Of a stretch of DNA of 64,000 nt, positions 1 through 9,633 are shown one piece after another. The notes beneath the pieces were generated by a model, which searched no databases, was not told where the DNA came from, and was given only the letters and a program-made list of their open reading frames with translations. The stretch spans positions 425-64,424 of the forward strand of contig CAMVGD010000005.1 in assembly GCA_947166925.1 (NCBI GenBank), read 5' to 3'. Both the position numbers and the translations under genes were made by a program. The first letter of the stretch is position 1; the number at the start of each line of letters is the position of its first letter. This DNA comes from an uncultured Clostridia bacterium (GTDB taxonomy: Bacteria > Bacillota > Clostridia > Christensenellales > CAG-138).

Positions 1-60
1 TGATATTTTGCCGATAATGTGATATACTGTATTTGCAGCAGGGAACAGGAGGAAACGACG

Positions 61-948
61 ATGAAGTATTTGTCAGTCGCGGAAGCAGCACATCTTTGGG
101 TGCTTTCTGAACGCAGTGTGCGGAACTATTGCGCGCAGGGACGGATCGAAGGGGCGTTTCTGACAGGCAAGACGTGGAACATTCCCGAGACGGCGGAGAA
201 GCCGGATCGGCTGAATAAACGCGCCGATCTGCCGATGGATCTTCTGTCCCGGCTGAAGGCAGAGAAGAAGACAAAGCTGCACGGCGGCATCTATCATAAG
301 ATCCAGATCGATCTGACGTACAATTCAAACCATATCGAGGGCAGCACCCTGACGCACGATCAGACGCGGTTCATCTTCGAAACCAATACGATCGGCATCG
401 GTACCGCTGTGAAGGTAGATGACGTTGTTGAAACGGCGAACCATTTCAAATGCATCGATATGATCATCGACAACGCTTCCTATGCGCCGAGCGAGAGCTT
501 CATCAAACAGCTCCATGCCGTGCTGAAAAACGGCACAAGCGATTCCCGGCAGGATTGGTTTGCAGTCGGCGATTACAAGCGCTTGCCGAATGAAGTAGGA
601 GGGAAGGAGACGACGCCTCCGGATCGTGTTGCATCGGAGATCAGAAAACTGCTCGCGGATTATAACGCCACAAAGGAGAAGTCCTTTGATGATCTCCTCG
701 ACTTCCATTACCGCTTCGAGTCGATCCATCCGTTTCAAGACGGCAATGGACGTGTCGGACGCCTTCTCCTTTTCAAAGAATGCCTCCGTAACCGCATCGT
801 TCCGTTTATCATCACGGACGATCTTAAGATGTTCTACTATCGCGGCTTAAGTGAGTGGCACAATGAGCGCGGCTATCTCCGCGACACCTGCCTCACAGCC
901 CAGGATCGCTTCAGAAAGATACTGGCGTATTTTAAGATCCCGGAATAA
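61..948 (+). CDS. Fic family protein with N-terminal HTH
   Basis: The Fic motif HPFQDGNGRVGRLL is present. The N-terminus (MKYLSVAEAAHLWVLSERSVRNYC) looks like a MerR/excisionase-type HTH. The ATG at 61 follows AGGAGG. Confidence 0.85.
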   Translation: MKYLSVAEAAHLWVLSERSVRNYCAQGRIEGAFLTGKTWNIPETAEKPDRLNKRADLPMDLLSRLKAEKKTKLHGGIYHKIQIDLTYNSNHIEGSTLTHDQTRFIFETNTIGIGTAVKVDDVVETANHFKCIDMIIDNASYAPSESFIKQLHAVLKNGTSDSRQDWFAVGDYKRLPNEVGGKETTPPDRVASEIRKLLADYNATKEKSFDDLLDFHYRFESIHPFQDGNGRVGRLLLFKECLRNRIVPFIITDDLKMFYYRGLSEWHNERGYLRDTCLTAQDRFRKILAYFKIPE

Positions 949-1173
949 AACGTACTTGACGAAAATGGGGGAAGGCATGGTATAGTGTAAGTGCGTTCTC
1001 GACAAGGAGGAGTCCTGACTTCTATCGGATAAGAACGGGGACTTGATATCCCGCAAAACGCGATCCACATGAAGCAGGAGCAAAGCACGGTTCGCTTCCG
1101 CAACGCACAGGTGACGCGCAAGGATATTATGCAAGCAAACGAATAACAAGAAAATGCAGTAAGGAGGATTCAC

Positions 1174-2115
1174 ATGGAAATCAAAGCAGTCAAATTCAGA
1201 AAAGACGGATTCTATTCGCAGCCGTTCGTGTTCGGCGGCGAAGAGGGCATGGACAAATTCGACAAGAACGTTCGTTATCGCGGCAGCTTGCAGAACTACC
1301 TGATCGACACCGGAGACGAGGTGATCCTGGTTGATACGGGGCTTCCTGCGGGTACGCCGGAGGAAGTACCGGATGAGACAAGTCTCGCTTTTACGGGTAA
1401 GGATATTGTTAGCTACATGGAAGCGTTTGCAGCCCTTGGATATAAGCCGGAACAGGTGACAAAGATCCTTCTGACGCACAAACACAGCGATCATTCTGGC
1501 GAGCTCAGATCCTTCCCGCACGCGCAGATTTTTGTCAATGCAGAAGAGCTCAGCGCCGCAGAGCTGCAGGGGATCGAGAACATCGTTCCCGTGACGTTCA
1601 CGGACGGCGCATATTATAACTTCCCGGAGACGCAGATCATCGCTCCCGGCATCCGCATGATCAAGGCGAAGGGACACACCAACGGCAACAGCATCGTTGT
1701 CGTGGAAAATGACGGCCTGTTCTATATGATTCACGGCGATATTACCTATGTCGATGAGGCACTGTATGAGAACAAACTGTCTGTCGTGTTTGACGATCTC
1801 GGCGCGGCACGAGTGACACAGGATCGGATCATCGAGTTCGTACGCAATCACCCGACTGTGTACTGCGGAACGCATACACCGCAGGGCTATGAGAACCTCG
1901 AAGCGAAGCGCGTGATGGATCTCGATCATCCGGTTCCCACTGTGTTCGCCGAAGTGGATTTCACAAAGACGCAGGCATCCGGCAAATACATCTGCTCCAT
2001 CTGCGGCTATGTCTACGATCCTGCAGAGCACGACGGCGTCGCCTTCGAGGATCTTCCGGACGACTGGAAGTGCCCGCGCTGCAAGCAGCCGAAGGACAAG
2101 TTCAACAAGGCGTAA
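1174..2115 (+). CDS. MBL-fold metallo-hydrolase fused to a C-terminal rubredoxin domain
   Basis: HKHSDHSG matches the HxHxDH metal motif. The C-terminus [10 protein letters not shown]...[15 protein letters not shown] is a classic rubredoxin CxxC...CPxC. An AAGGAGG RBS precedes the start. Confidence 0.8.
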   Translation: MEIKAVKFRKDGFYSQPFVFGGEEGMDKFDKNVRYRGSLQNYLIDTGDEVILVDTGLPAGTPEEVPDETSLAFTGKDIVSYMEAFAALGYKPEQVTKILLTHKHSDHSGELRSFPHAQIFVNAEELSAAELQGIENIVPVTFTDGAYYNFPETQIIAPGIRMIKAKGHTNGNSIVVVENDGLFYMIHGDITYVDEALYENKLSVVFDDLGAARVTQDRIIEFVRNHPTVYCGTHTPQGYENLEAKRVMDLDHPVPTVFAEVDFTKTQASGKYICSICGYVYDPAEHDGVAFEDLPDDWKCPRCKQPKDKFNKA

Positions 2116-2127
2116 CAACGAAACACC

Positions 2128-2165
2128 AAAGCCCGAAGCGCACAACCGCTCCGGGCTTTGTTTAT
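2128..2165 (+). terminator. Hairpin plus T-rich tail after the MBL-rubredoxin gene
   Basis: AAAGCCCG...CGGGCTTT stem followed by GTTTAT. Confidence 0.4.
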
Positions 2166-2408
2166 CTGTGTTCTCTCATTGATCGGTTCATTTTCCGATA
2201 AACGCGGTTACGCCTTCCGGAAAAGGATTCATCCGAGTCAGGCACTTGACTTCGCCGTTCGGCTGAATTCTGTTCCGAATCAGTAAAAATGAGCCGTTCG
2301 GCTTAGTTTTTGATCGTGGCAGCAGGTGGATGAAAGACTTTGATCAATAAAGCGCAGTACGGTTTTTCCGAACTGCGCAGTTTTGTGTACGGTTCTATTT
2401 AGAGATCT

Positions 2409-2684
2409 TTATTCCTTCTTCAAAATGCGATCCGGGAACATGGATGCATTGATCAATTCGGCAGGATCGATCTCCAAGGCGTCTGCAATGTTGTAGAAAA
2501 CGTCCATCGAAAAGGCGCGCACCATCCCTGGCGCTTCGATCGCGCTTAGGTGGGAACGGCTGATGTTTGCTTTCTCTGCAAGCTGCTCCTGTGACATCCC
2601 GCGCAATTTCCGAAGAGAGGAGATTGCAATTCCCATTTGAATGAACCGATCCCGGTTCTTGAAACTGATCGCATCCTTTGCCAT
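2409..2684 (-). CDS. XRE-family HTH transcriptional regulator
   Basis: LRKLRGMSQEQLAEKANISRSHLSAIE is a typical Cro/C1 HTH. I prefer the start at MAKDA (2684). The ORF could extend to 2747. Confidence 0.7.
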   Translation of the reverse strand: MAKDAISFKNRDRFIQMGIAISSLRKLRGMSQEQLAEKANISRSHLSAIEAPGMVRAFSMDVFYNIADALEIDPAELINASMFPDRILKKE

Positions 2685-2754
2685 GATCGCACCGCCTTTC
2701 CATCTAAAATTATAGACTTCCCCGAAAAGCGTTACAGCATTATACAATGAGCGA

Positions 2755-2784
2755 TTGACTTATTTATAAAGCAATATGTATAAT
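2755..2784 (+). promoter_or_regulatory. Sigma-70-like promoter, divergent from the XRE gene
   Basis: TTGACT, 18 nt, then TGTATAAT (extended -10). Confidence 0.45.
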
Positions 2785-2827
2785 AACAAAAGCAAATATA
2801 CTATTAGAGAGGCAGTTGCTTTATCAA

Positions 2828-3250
2828 ATGATCGTTACCTTTTGCGGACACAACGATGTGGTGAACCCGGACGATGTGCGGCGGTGGCTGGAACACACGA
2901 TAGGCAGTCTCATTCAAAGAGGCGCAACGACGTTCTATCTTGGCGGATACGGCGGCTTTGATCGGATGGCTGCTTTTGCTTTGCAAAAGGTGTCCGCTGA
3001 TAATCCTTCCATAGAATTGATACTCGTCCTCCCATATCTGAATTGGGATGTCGAGGACGATCTGTATGATGGTACAATCTATCCACCGCTGGAAAACGTC
3101 CCGAAGCGATTGGCGATCATAAAGCGAAACGAGTGGATGGTTGATCGTGCCAACGTGATCGTTGCTTATGTACTGCATGAATGGGGCGGGGCAAACGCTA
3201 TGCTCCAATATGCCATCCGTAAAGGAAAAGAGGTTATCAGATATACTTAA
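2828..3250 (+). CDS. SLOG/DUF1273 (YpsA-like) family protein
   Basis: The Rossmann-like N-terminus IVTFCGH...TTFYLGGYGGFDRMAA resembles the YpsA/DprA-type SLOG fold. The ATG at 2828 is preferred over the TTG at 2816. Confidence 0.5.
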   Translation: MIVTFCGHNDVVNPDDVRRWLEHTIGSLIQRGATTFYLGGYGGFDRMAAFALQKVSADNPSIELILVLPYLNWDVEDDLYDGTIYPPLENVPKRLAIIKRNEWMVDRANVIVAYVLHEWGGANAMLQYAIRKGKEVIRYT

Positions 3251-3683
3251 TATACTTGCAAACGAAGAAAACGTTAATGTGGTGAGCGGCAATAGACAGG
3301 AACATTCTTCTATTTCCAAAAATCGCAAAAATCTTGTTTTTGGGTAATAGGAATGGCAGACTATGCGTGAGGTGTTGAATGATGGACGATTTACAGTTGA
3401 AACTGAGTGATATTCAAACCAGTTTTTCCTGTGTTTCTTTTATGCATCGATTAACTCACCTGACTTTTTGTCATAATACAAGTGGAAGGGAAAACCGTGA
3501 AAACGGTGGACTGCGCTCGTTTCCCTCCGCTCCGATTATCAGAACCACTACTCAACGGGCGCAGAGCCATTAATCTGTAAGAAAATCTGCGGCAGGCTCG
3601 CTCTCTCACTGAGGGCGAGCTTTCCGCATTTTGGGCCTAATACGAGTCCCCTCGTTGGCAGACGCTGCCATTTGTTTTGCATG

Positions 3684-3857
3684 TCAGTGCTTTCTCTTCG
3701 CAGTTTTTCGTTTTTTACCCTTTGGCTTCTTCTTGTCACGGTTGTACCACCAAGGAGACATTCTGTAAGTACCTCCCACGCGATGATACGATGTGTTGTC
3801 GCCATAGGGATCATAATGATATACACCGTCTGATTCGAGATATGTTTTTTTGCTCAT
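3684..3857 (-). CDS. Small basic protein (57 aa), absent from the ORF track
   Basis: My hand translation gives MSKKTYLESDGVYHYDPYGDNTSYHRVGGTYRMSPWWYNRDKKKPKGKKRKTAKRKH. A strong TAAGGAGG RBS lies 6 nt upstream. It is co-directional with the Toprim gene and 11 nt downstream of it. Confidence 0.4.
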   Translation of the reverse strand: MSKKTYLESDGVYHYDPYGDNTSYHRVGGTYRMSPWWYNRDKKKPKGKKRKTAKRKH

Positions 3858-3868
3858 AGTAAACCTCC

Positions 3869-4807
3869 TTATAGAGCATTCATGTTGTTTTGTCGATTCT
3901 TCTTGTGCGCGACAAGGATATCATTCCAGTCTTTTTGATTTTCTGGGAAATGGGAGGGGTACTGAGGTAGCGACTCGGCAAAATGCCTGCCGGCGTCGTC
4001 ATTGTCGAAACAAAGATGCAGAACTGCGAATGGATACTGGCGCTGAACACGCTTTATTGCCTTTGTACACCCACATCCGCCGATCGAAACGAAGGCGAGA
4101 CTATACTTCTCGCAGTCATATCCGTTTAGCTGGTAGAGATTCATCAAGGAAAGCGCATCAATTGCAGCCTCACACACATATATTGTCATCGGATTGCGGC
4201 TGCCGACAATCCAGTATCCATCATGATCGCAGTGAGCGGCCTTTCCCTTAAAAGGAAGACATGGGCTCGTTCCACGGATCTCAGCATAGTTGCAGTCCCG
4301 GGAAAGGAATACCGCGTTCACATGTCCGTTAGAAATCGTCGGGTAGACAATCTCCGGATCAAGGAGTGCAGCGTCGATGCCGCGCTTGTCGCAGAGGTAC
4401 GTCCGTAATTCTACGGGACACAGTGCACGAGGCGGCGCGACGAAGGCAGATCCTGCATCTGAAGGAACAGGCACATTCTGCGCCGTAGATTTGGATACAG
4501 CAACAGAGGCACTTCCGTGGGAGCATAATTCCGGATCGCGGCCATCGTCGTAATCACAAAGAGCACGAACAGCATCTTGGAAGGGCATGTCGAGATACTC
4601 CACGAGAAAGGAGATCGCATTATCGGCTCTGCCCGTTGAATTGTCATAAAAGCCGTGATCCGAAAAGACGACTTTCCGGTTTTCAGTCCACCTCGAATGG
4701 TTCTTACCATCCGGCTGCGTTTGCTCAGGATATACATTGAGCATAAAGCGGTTGAGATCTACGCCACGGGCGCATTCAATTTGATTCTTTCCTACACGAT
4801 TGGACAT
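3869..4807 (-). CDS. Toprim-domain primase-like protein (DUF3991/Toprim type)
   Basis: The C-terminal Toprim signature (ICVCEAAIDALS...LCFDNDDAGRHF) is present. This architecture is common on mobile elements. A GAGGAGG RBS precedes the start. Confidence 0.7.
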   Translation of the reverse strand: MSNRVGKNQIECARGVDLNRFMLNVYPEQTQPDGKNHSRWTENRKVVFSDHGFYDNSTGRADNAISFLVEYLDMPFQDAVRALCDYDDGRDPELCSHGSASVAVSKSTAQNVPVPSDAGSAFVAPPRALCPVELRTYLCDKRGIDAALLDPEIVYPTISNGHVNAVFLSRDCNYAEIRGTSPCLPFKGKAAHCDHDGYWIVGSRNPMTIYVCEAAIDALSLMNLYQLNGYDCEKYSLAFVSIGGCGCTKAIKRVQRQYPFAVLHLCFDNDDAGRHFAESLPQYPSHFPENQKDWNDILVAHKKNRQNNMNAL

Positions 4808-4819
4808 TATTAATCCTCC

Positions 4820-5227
4820 TCATTTATATGATTCTTTTTTCTGACGTTTTGAAATCTCTTTGTAGCTTCCCAGCAGCATCATCCGTTTCTCGGAACTAAC
4901 GCGACATGCTAAGTCAGGGTGTACAAAATAGGTGCTTGTTGATTCCCTTATCAAGAGATTCCACGATCGAAGCTTTTTGATGGTAAGCTTCACAGTACTT
5001 TCGCAGACGCCTGCCTGTTTAGCCAGTTCCGGATATGTTCCGTGTACTTGATTGCCGAAGTTCATTTTGCTTAACATTTTGAGCAGCACTTTGCATTCAC
5101 CATGTCCGAGGCGCTCACATGTGTCAAACAGCAGTTTGAGATCAATTTTGGCAAAACCAAAGTCGTTCTTCATATCTCCGATTTCGCCGGTGTTTTTGTT
5201 TAGGCCGAACCAGGTTACAGTTCTCAT
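4820..5227 (-). CDS. Winged-helix replication/maintenance protein (RepL-like)
   Basis: YPELAKQAGVCESTVKLTIKKLRSWNLL is a wHTH. It lies upstream of the primase-like gene and next to the iteron-like repeats. Confidence 0.5.
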   Translation of the reverse strand: MRTVTWFGLNKNTGEIGDMKNDFGFAKIDLKLLFDTCERLGHGECKVLLKMLSKMNFGNQVHGTYPELAKQAGVCESTVKLTIKKLRSWNLLIRESTSTYFVHPDLACRVSSEKRMMLLGSYKEISKRQKKESYK

Positions 5228-5269
5228 AGGGATGTACCTCCATCATTTGTATTGAGCAAAGATCCAAAA

Positions 5270-5525
5270 CCTAAAGGCTGCTGCCGCAAAACCAAGATCC
5301 ACAATATGCTGCCAAAACCTAAAGGGCTGATGCCCATACCCCCGGCTTCCCCCCAACCCCCCGCGCCCCCAAAGGGAGCTACCGGGGGTGTACCTAAAGG
5401 AAAAAGAGTTGGGTACGCCTACTTGATTGCCTAATCGGTAAGCGCCGCTATCATGCTGCCGGCCGAAAGGCCTTTAGGTATACTTGGTACCGTCATGTGC
5501 CGCACCATGGCCTTTGGCCTTTAGG
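5270..5525. repeat. Iteron-like repeats (CCTAAAGG / CCTTTAGG, 5 copies)
   Basis: CCTAAAGG occurs at 5270, 5318 and 5393. The inverted form CCTTTAGG occurs at 5471 and 5518. The first two copies share the longer unit CCAAAACCTAAAGGnCTGnTGCC. Confidence 0.55.
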
Positions 5526-5756
5526 TGTTACAATCCGTATCAGTATCCTATTAGATAAGAGACACGTTTTTCCTTTTGCCCTATAAAGCCAGACAACATG
5601 CGGGTTTCAGAGCTTTGGCGGGTGGTGAGCCTCCACCAGGAAACTGGTGAGCATTCACCACCTTGCAGCGAATCGATCAGAAAGGCTGTTTCTTCACTCA
5701 CATTAAGTATGCGTCGAATATTTTTGGCCGAAATGCGTTGTGTACGAGTTTTTAGT

Positions 5757-5785
5757 TTGACGAAAAGGCAAATCCGTGATAAAAT
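5757..5785 (+). promoter_or_regulatory. Sigma-70-like promoter for the 5843 gene
   Basis: TTGACG, 17 nt, then TAAAAT preceded by TG. Confidence 0.4.
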
Positions 5786-5842
5786 ATCAATATCAGATAT
5801 ATCTAATATATCAAAAATAAATGGAAAGGAGGTAACTGCAGG

Positions 5843-6157
5843 GTGAGCGATCAAAGGGACTATGACTATATTACGGTTACAATCTGCGGAAAGGAGTATT
5901 TGTTGATGTGCAGTAAGCTTGACGATTGCACGCGTAGTTTTATTCAAACGCTTGCGCTTAGGTTCGTCGAAACGCTTAATGAAGATCTGGATCCAACAGA
6001 AAGGATGGTGTATTTGCAAGGAAAGAACGATCCGGATACCCTATATTATTTTTTCATCAGACACCTTTTGAAGCTTAACCCGGACGTCGATTTCGTTTTA
6101 AAGCCGATATCATTGCGGGTGTATCCGTCAACGGTATTGATTAACCAAAGCTATTAA
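5843..6157 (+). CDS. Hypothetical protein
   Basis: GTG start after GGAAAGGAGG. A terminator hairpin lies downstream. I recognise no family. Confidence 0.45.
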   Translation: MSDQRDYDYITVTICGKEYLLMCSKLDDCTRSFIQTLALRFVETLNEDLDPTERMVYLQGKNDPDTLYYFFIRHLLKLNPDVDFVLKPISLRVYPSTVLINQSY

Positions 6158-6229
6158 AGAGAGAGCTTCATTCTTTGTTTTTTATAATCATCATGCTACA
6201 AGGAAAACAATCTCAATCCTCCTTGTGAT

Positions 6230-6256
6230 GGCCCGCTGCCGGCGGGCCTTTCTTTT
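6230..6256 (+). terminator. Rho-independent terminator
   Basis: GGCCCGC-tgccg-GCGGGCC followed by TTTCTTTT. Two further hairpin+T structures occur at about 6335-6360 and 6367-6397. Confidence 0.5.
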
Positions 6257-6627
6257 AATCAAAGAGCTGTTTTGTCATTGTATCTACAGAAGGACAGATC
6301 TCCATCGCCTTCGGAACAATATGTCTCGCAGAGACGCTGCCGCATGGCGGCGTTTTTGCGCTTTCACGCCCTGCAGCGCTGTTTGCAGGGCGTTTTCATA
6401 TTTTAGGGCCCTCATATTTGAGATGAGCGAACGGCTTGTTAAACATTGTTTAAGACATCCTCATACGGCTTTTCTTGCGACGCAAAAATGTTTGGAAAAC
6501 TTGGTTTCCTGTCCGATTTATCGAATAGATGATATGCGAGAATGAGTCGAAGGAGTCGAAGGAGGACGAAGACGTCTATATTGCGTGCAATATTGGCAAA
6601 GGTGGGTTATTATTTGCGAACTTTTAT

Positions 6628-6656
6628 TTGCAGATCCGATCGTGATGTGGTATAAT
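6628..6656 (+). promoter_or_regulatory. Promoter of the XRE-hsd operon
   Basis: TTGCAG, 17 nt, then TATAAT. Confidence 0.5.
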
Positions 6657-6685
6657 ACAAAAAACACATCTCGGAGGATTTGCTC

Positions 6686-6904
6686 ATGGGCGTGAGCTAT
6701 AAAAAGCTTTGGAAACTGCTGATCGATCGTGATCTTAAGAAGCAGGATCTCGAAAGGCAAGCGGGGATCAGCCATTTTACAATGAACAAGCTTTATCATG
6801 GGAAAAGTGTTTCAACGGATATCCTCGTAAAGATTTGTACCGCGCTGAATGTCTCGATGGATGACATTCTGGATATCGTTCCAAAGCCGGAGGCAGAGAA
6901 ATAA
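6686..6904 (+). CDS. XRE-family HTH protein, candidate controller of the R-M operon
   Basis: LKKQDLERQAGISHFTMNKLYHGKSVSTDILVKICTAL is a Cro/C1 HTH. The GGAGG RBS sits 8 nt upstream. Its stop codon lies 1 nt before the hsdR ATG. Confidence 0.75.
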   Translation: MGVSYKKLWKLLIDRDLKKQDLERQAGISHFTMNKLYHGKSVSTDILVKICTALNVSMDDILDIVPKPEAEK

Positions 6905-6905
6905 C

Positions 6906-9632
6906 ATGTTGACACCGGAGCAGAGGGCAAGGCAGGTTATAGACAAGAAGCTGAGAGAAGCAGGCTGGGAGATTCAGGATCTGAATCGCATCAATCCGAT
7001 TGCGTCCCTCGGCGTTGCCGTGCGAGAGTATCCGACGAGCACCGGGCCGGTTGACTATGCACTGTTCGTGGACGGCTCGCCCGTTGGCGTGATCGAAGCC
7101 AAGCGCAGCGAAGCCGGGGAGCATATCACTGACGTCGAAACACAATCCGGACGCTATGCAAACAGCACCTTCCGGTATGTGAACAATCCAAAGATTCGCT
7201 TTGCGTATGAAGCAACCGATCAGTTGGTGCGTTTTACCGACTATGACGACGTCAATTATCGTTCCCGTGAGGTGTTCTCATTCTTCCGCCCGGAGACGCT
7301 GAAGCGTTTGCAGGGACAGCAGGGAACGATTCGGAACAATATGCGGCATTTCCCGGCGTTGGATGAAACCGGGTTCCGTAAATGTCAGGTTACAGCAATC
7401 AAGCGGCTGGACGAGTCCTTCTCTTTGAACAAGCCTCGCGCATTGGTGCAGATGGCAACCGGCGCGGGAAAGACGTTCACGGCAATCACAGCAGCATACC
7501 GCCTCTTGAAATACGGCAAGATGAACCGCATTCTGTTCCTTGTGGATACGAAGTCCCTCGGCGAGCAAGCAGAGCGCGAGTTCCTTGCCTATACACCGAA
7601 CGACGATCCGCGTTCCTTTGCACAGCTTTACGGCGTGTGCCGTTTGAAGTCGAGCTATATTCCCTCCGACGTGCAGATCTGTATCAGCACGATTCAGCGT
7701 ATGTATTCGATCCTGAAAGGCGAGCAGTTGGACGAGAAAGCGGAGGAGACGCCGTTTGCCGAATTGAAGATGGCGGACAGGCAGGCCCCAAAGGAAGTCG
7801 TCTATAACGAGAAGTATCCGCCGGAGTTTTTCGACTGCATCATCGTCGACGAGTGCCACCGCTCGATTTATAACGTCTGGAGCCAGGTGCTTACTTACTT
7901 CGATTCGTTCATCATCGGCTTGACAGCAACGCCGGATAAGCGTACCTTTGCGTTTTTCCACGAGAACATCGTCAGCGAGTATTCGCGTGAACAGGCAATT
8001 CTGGAAGGCGTCAACGTCGGCGAAGACATCTTCATGATCGAAACGGAGATCACCAAGAACGGCGCGCATCTGATGAAGCAGTACATTGAGACGCGCGATC
8101 GGCTGTCCCGTACACGGCGCTGGCAGCAGATGGATGAGGATATCGACTACGCTGCGCCGCAGCTCGACAGAGACATCGTGAACCCGAGTCAGATCCGTAC
8201 TGTGATTCGCTCGTTCAAGGAAAACCTGTTTACGATGCTTTTCCCGCGTCGTAAGGAAGTACCGAAAACGCTGATCTTCGCCAAAACCGACAGCCATGCG
8301 GATGATATCGTGCAGTGTGTGCGTGAAGAGTTCGGCGAAGGCAACGAGTTCTGCCGCAAGATCACCTATTCGGCGGAGAATCCGGAATCCGTGCTCAGCT
8401 CCTTCCGCAATGACTACTATCCCCGCATCGCCGTCACCGTGGACATGATCGCCACCGGTACCGACGTAAAGCCCATCGAGTGTCTGATCTTCATGCGCGA
8501 CGTCCGCAGCAAGAACTATTTCGAGCAGATGAAGGGACGCGGCACACGAACACTCGACAGGGACGAACTGCAGAAGGTGACACCCTCTGCCACGGAGAAT
8601 AAGGATCATTTTGTGATCGTGGACGCTGTCGGAGTAACCAAGTCCGTCAAGACAGAAACCCGTTCGCTGGAGCGCAAACCGTCTGTTTCACTGAAAGAGC
8701 TGATGCTTCTTGTCGCCATGGGAAGCAAAGACGAGGATACCTTGACGTCGCTTGCAAACCGTCTCACGCGTCTCGATAAGCAAATGACGCAAGCTGAACG
8801 CCGGGAGTTCGCGGCGCTTGCGGGTGTTGGGATCGGCACCATTGCGGAGCGTTTGCTGAATGCGTTTGATGAGGATGTGATCCGCGCAGCAACCGGCGAA
8901 GCAGAGCCAACCGAGGAGCAGATGCATGCGGCGCAGAAAGAACTGCTGCGGCAGGCGACGGAGCCGATCTATAACCCGGACGTGCGGGAACGCCTCGAAA
9001 ACGTGCGCCGCAGCCACGATCAGATCATTGACAACGTCAATCTGGATGAAGTGCGGTTCGCCGGGTTCGACACGCAGCAGGAACAACATGCAGAACAGAC
9101 GATCTCCTCGTTCCGTGCATTCATTGAGGAAAACCGGGACGAGATCATAGCGCTGCGCATCATCTACAGCGAAGCGTACAAAAACCGTCCGATGGCAATC
9201 GAACAGTTGAAAGCGCTGTATGAAAAACTGAAGGCAAGGGGCGTCACTATACAGCGGCTCTGGGATTGCTATGCGATCAAACAGCCGGAAAAAGTGAAGC
9301 GCGGAACGGTTGCACAGCTTACCGATTTGATTTCTCTGGTTCGATTCGAGCTCGGCTATACCGATCAGCTATCGCCGTTTGCCGACAAAGTAAACTATAA
9401 CTTCATGGAATGGACGTTGCGCCGGAACGCCGGTTCCGTCCACTTCACCGAGGAGCAGATGGAATGGCTGCGGCTCATCAAGGATCATATCATTTCGTCC
9501 CTGTCCGTCACGCCGGAGGATCTGGATCTGAACCCCTTTGATCGCAAAGGCGGCCTCGGCAGATTCTACGCGGTGTTCGGCAAGGACTATAAGGCGATCC
9601 TGCAGGAAATGAATACGGAATTGGTGGCGTAA
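6906..9632 (+). CDS. hsdR: Type I restriction enzyme R subunit (EcoEI/COG4096-like)
   Basis: The N-terminus EQRARQVIDKKLREAGWEIQ, Walker A TGAGKT, DEAH-like VDECH and TATP motifs are present. The long C-terminal domain is typical of EcoEI-type HsdR. Confidence 0.9.
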   Translation: MLTPEQRARQVIDKKLREAGWEIQDLNRINPIASLGVAVREYPTSTGPVDYALFVDGSPVGVIEAKRSEAGEHITDVETQSGRYANSTFRYVNNPKIRFAYEATDQLVRFTDYDDVNYRSREVFSFFRPETLKRLQGQQGTIRNNMRHFPALDETGFRKCQVTAIKRLDESFSLNKPRALVQMATGAGKTFTAITAAYRLLKYGKMNRILFLVDTKSLGEQAEREFLAYTPNDDPRSFAQLYGVCRLKSSYIPSDVQICISTIQRMYSILKGEQLDEKAEETPFAELKMADRQAPKEVVYNEKYPPEFFDCIIVDECHRSIYNVWSQVLTYFDSFIIGLTATPDKRTFAFFHENIVSEYSREQAILEGVNVGEDIFMIETEITKNGAHLMKQYIETRDRLSRTRRWQQMDEDIDYAAPQLDRDIVNPSQIRTVIRSFKENLFTMLFPRRKEVPKTLIFAKTDSHADDIVQCVREEFGEGNEFCRKITYSAENPESVLSSFRNDYYPRIAVTVDMIATGTDVKPIECLIFMRDVRSKNYFEQMKGRGTRTLDRDELQKVTPSATENKDHFVIVDAVGVTKSVKTETRSLERKPSVSLKELMLLVAMGSKDEDTLTSLANRLTRLDKQMTQAERREFAALAGVGIGTIAERLLNAFDEDVIRAATGEAEPTEEQMHAAQKELLRQATEPIYNPDVRERLENVRRSHDQIIDNVNLDEVRFAGFDTQQEQHAEQTISSFRAFIEENRDEIIALRIIYSEAYKNRPMAIEQLKALYEKLKARGVTIQRLWDCYAIKQPEKVKRGTVAQLTDLISLVRFELGYTDQLSPFADKVNYNFMEWTLRRNAGSVHFTEEQMEWLRLIKDHIISSLSVTPEDLDLNPFDRKGGLGRFYAVFGKDYKAILQEMNTELVA

Positions 9633-9633
9633 G

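Noticed and set aside
2150-2400. Candidate attL. The 11-bp repeat GCCGTTCGGCT occurs at about 2254 and 2292.
   Set aside because: It has no similarity to the tRNA-Asn 3' end or to the sequence next to it. It cannot be supported as an att site.
5540-6019. 159-aa minus-strand ORF
   Set aside because: It overlaps the promoter, RBS and start of the better-supported plus-strand gene at 5843. It has no RBS.
6225-6545. 106-aa ORF
   Set aside because: It spans three terminator-like hairpins. It is Cys/Arg-rich and has no RBS.
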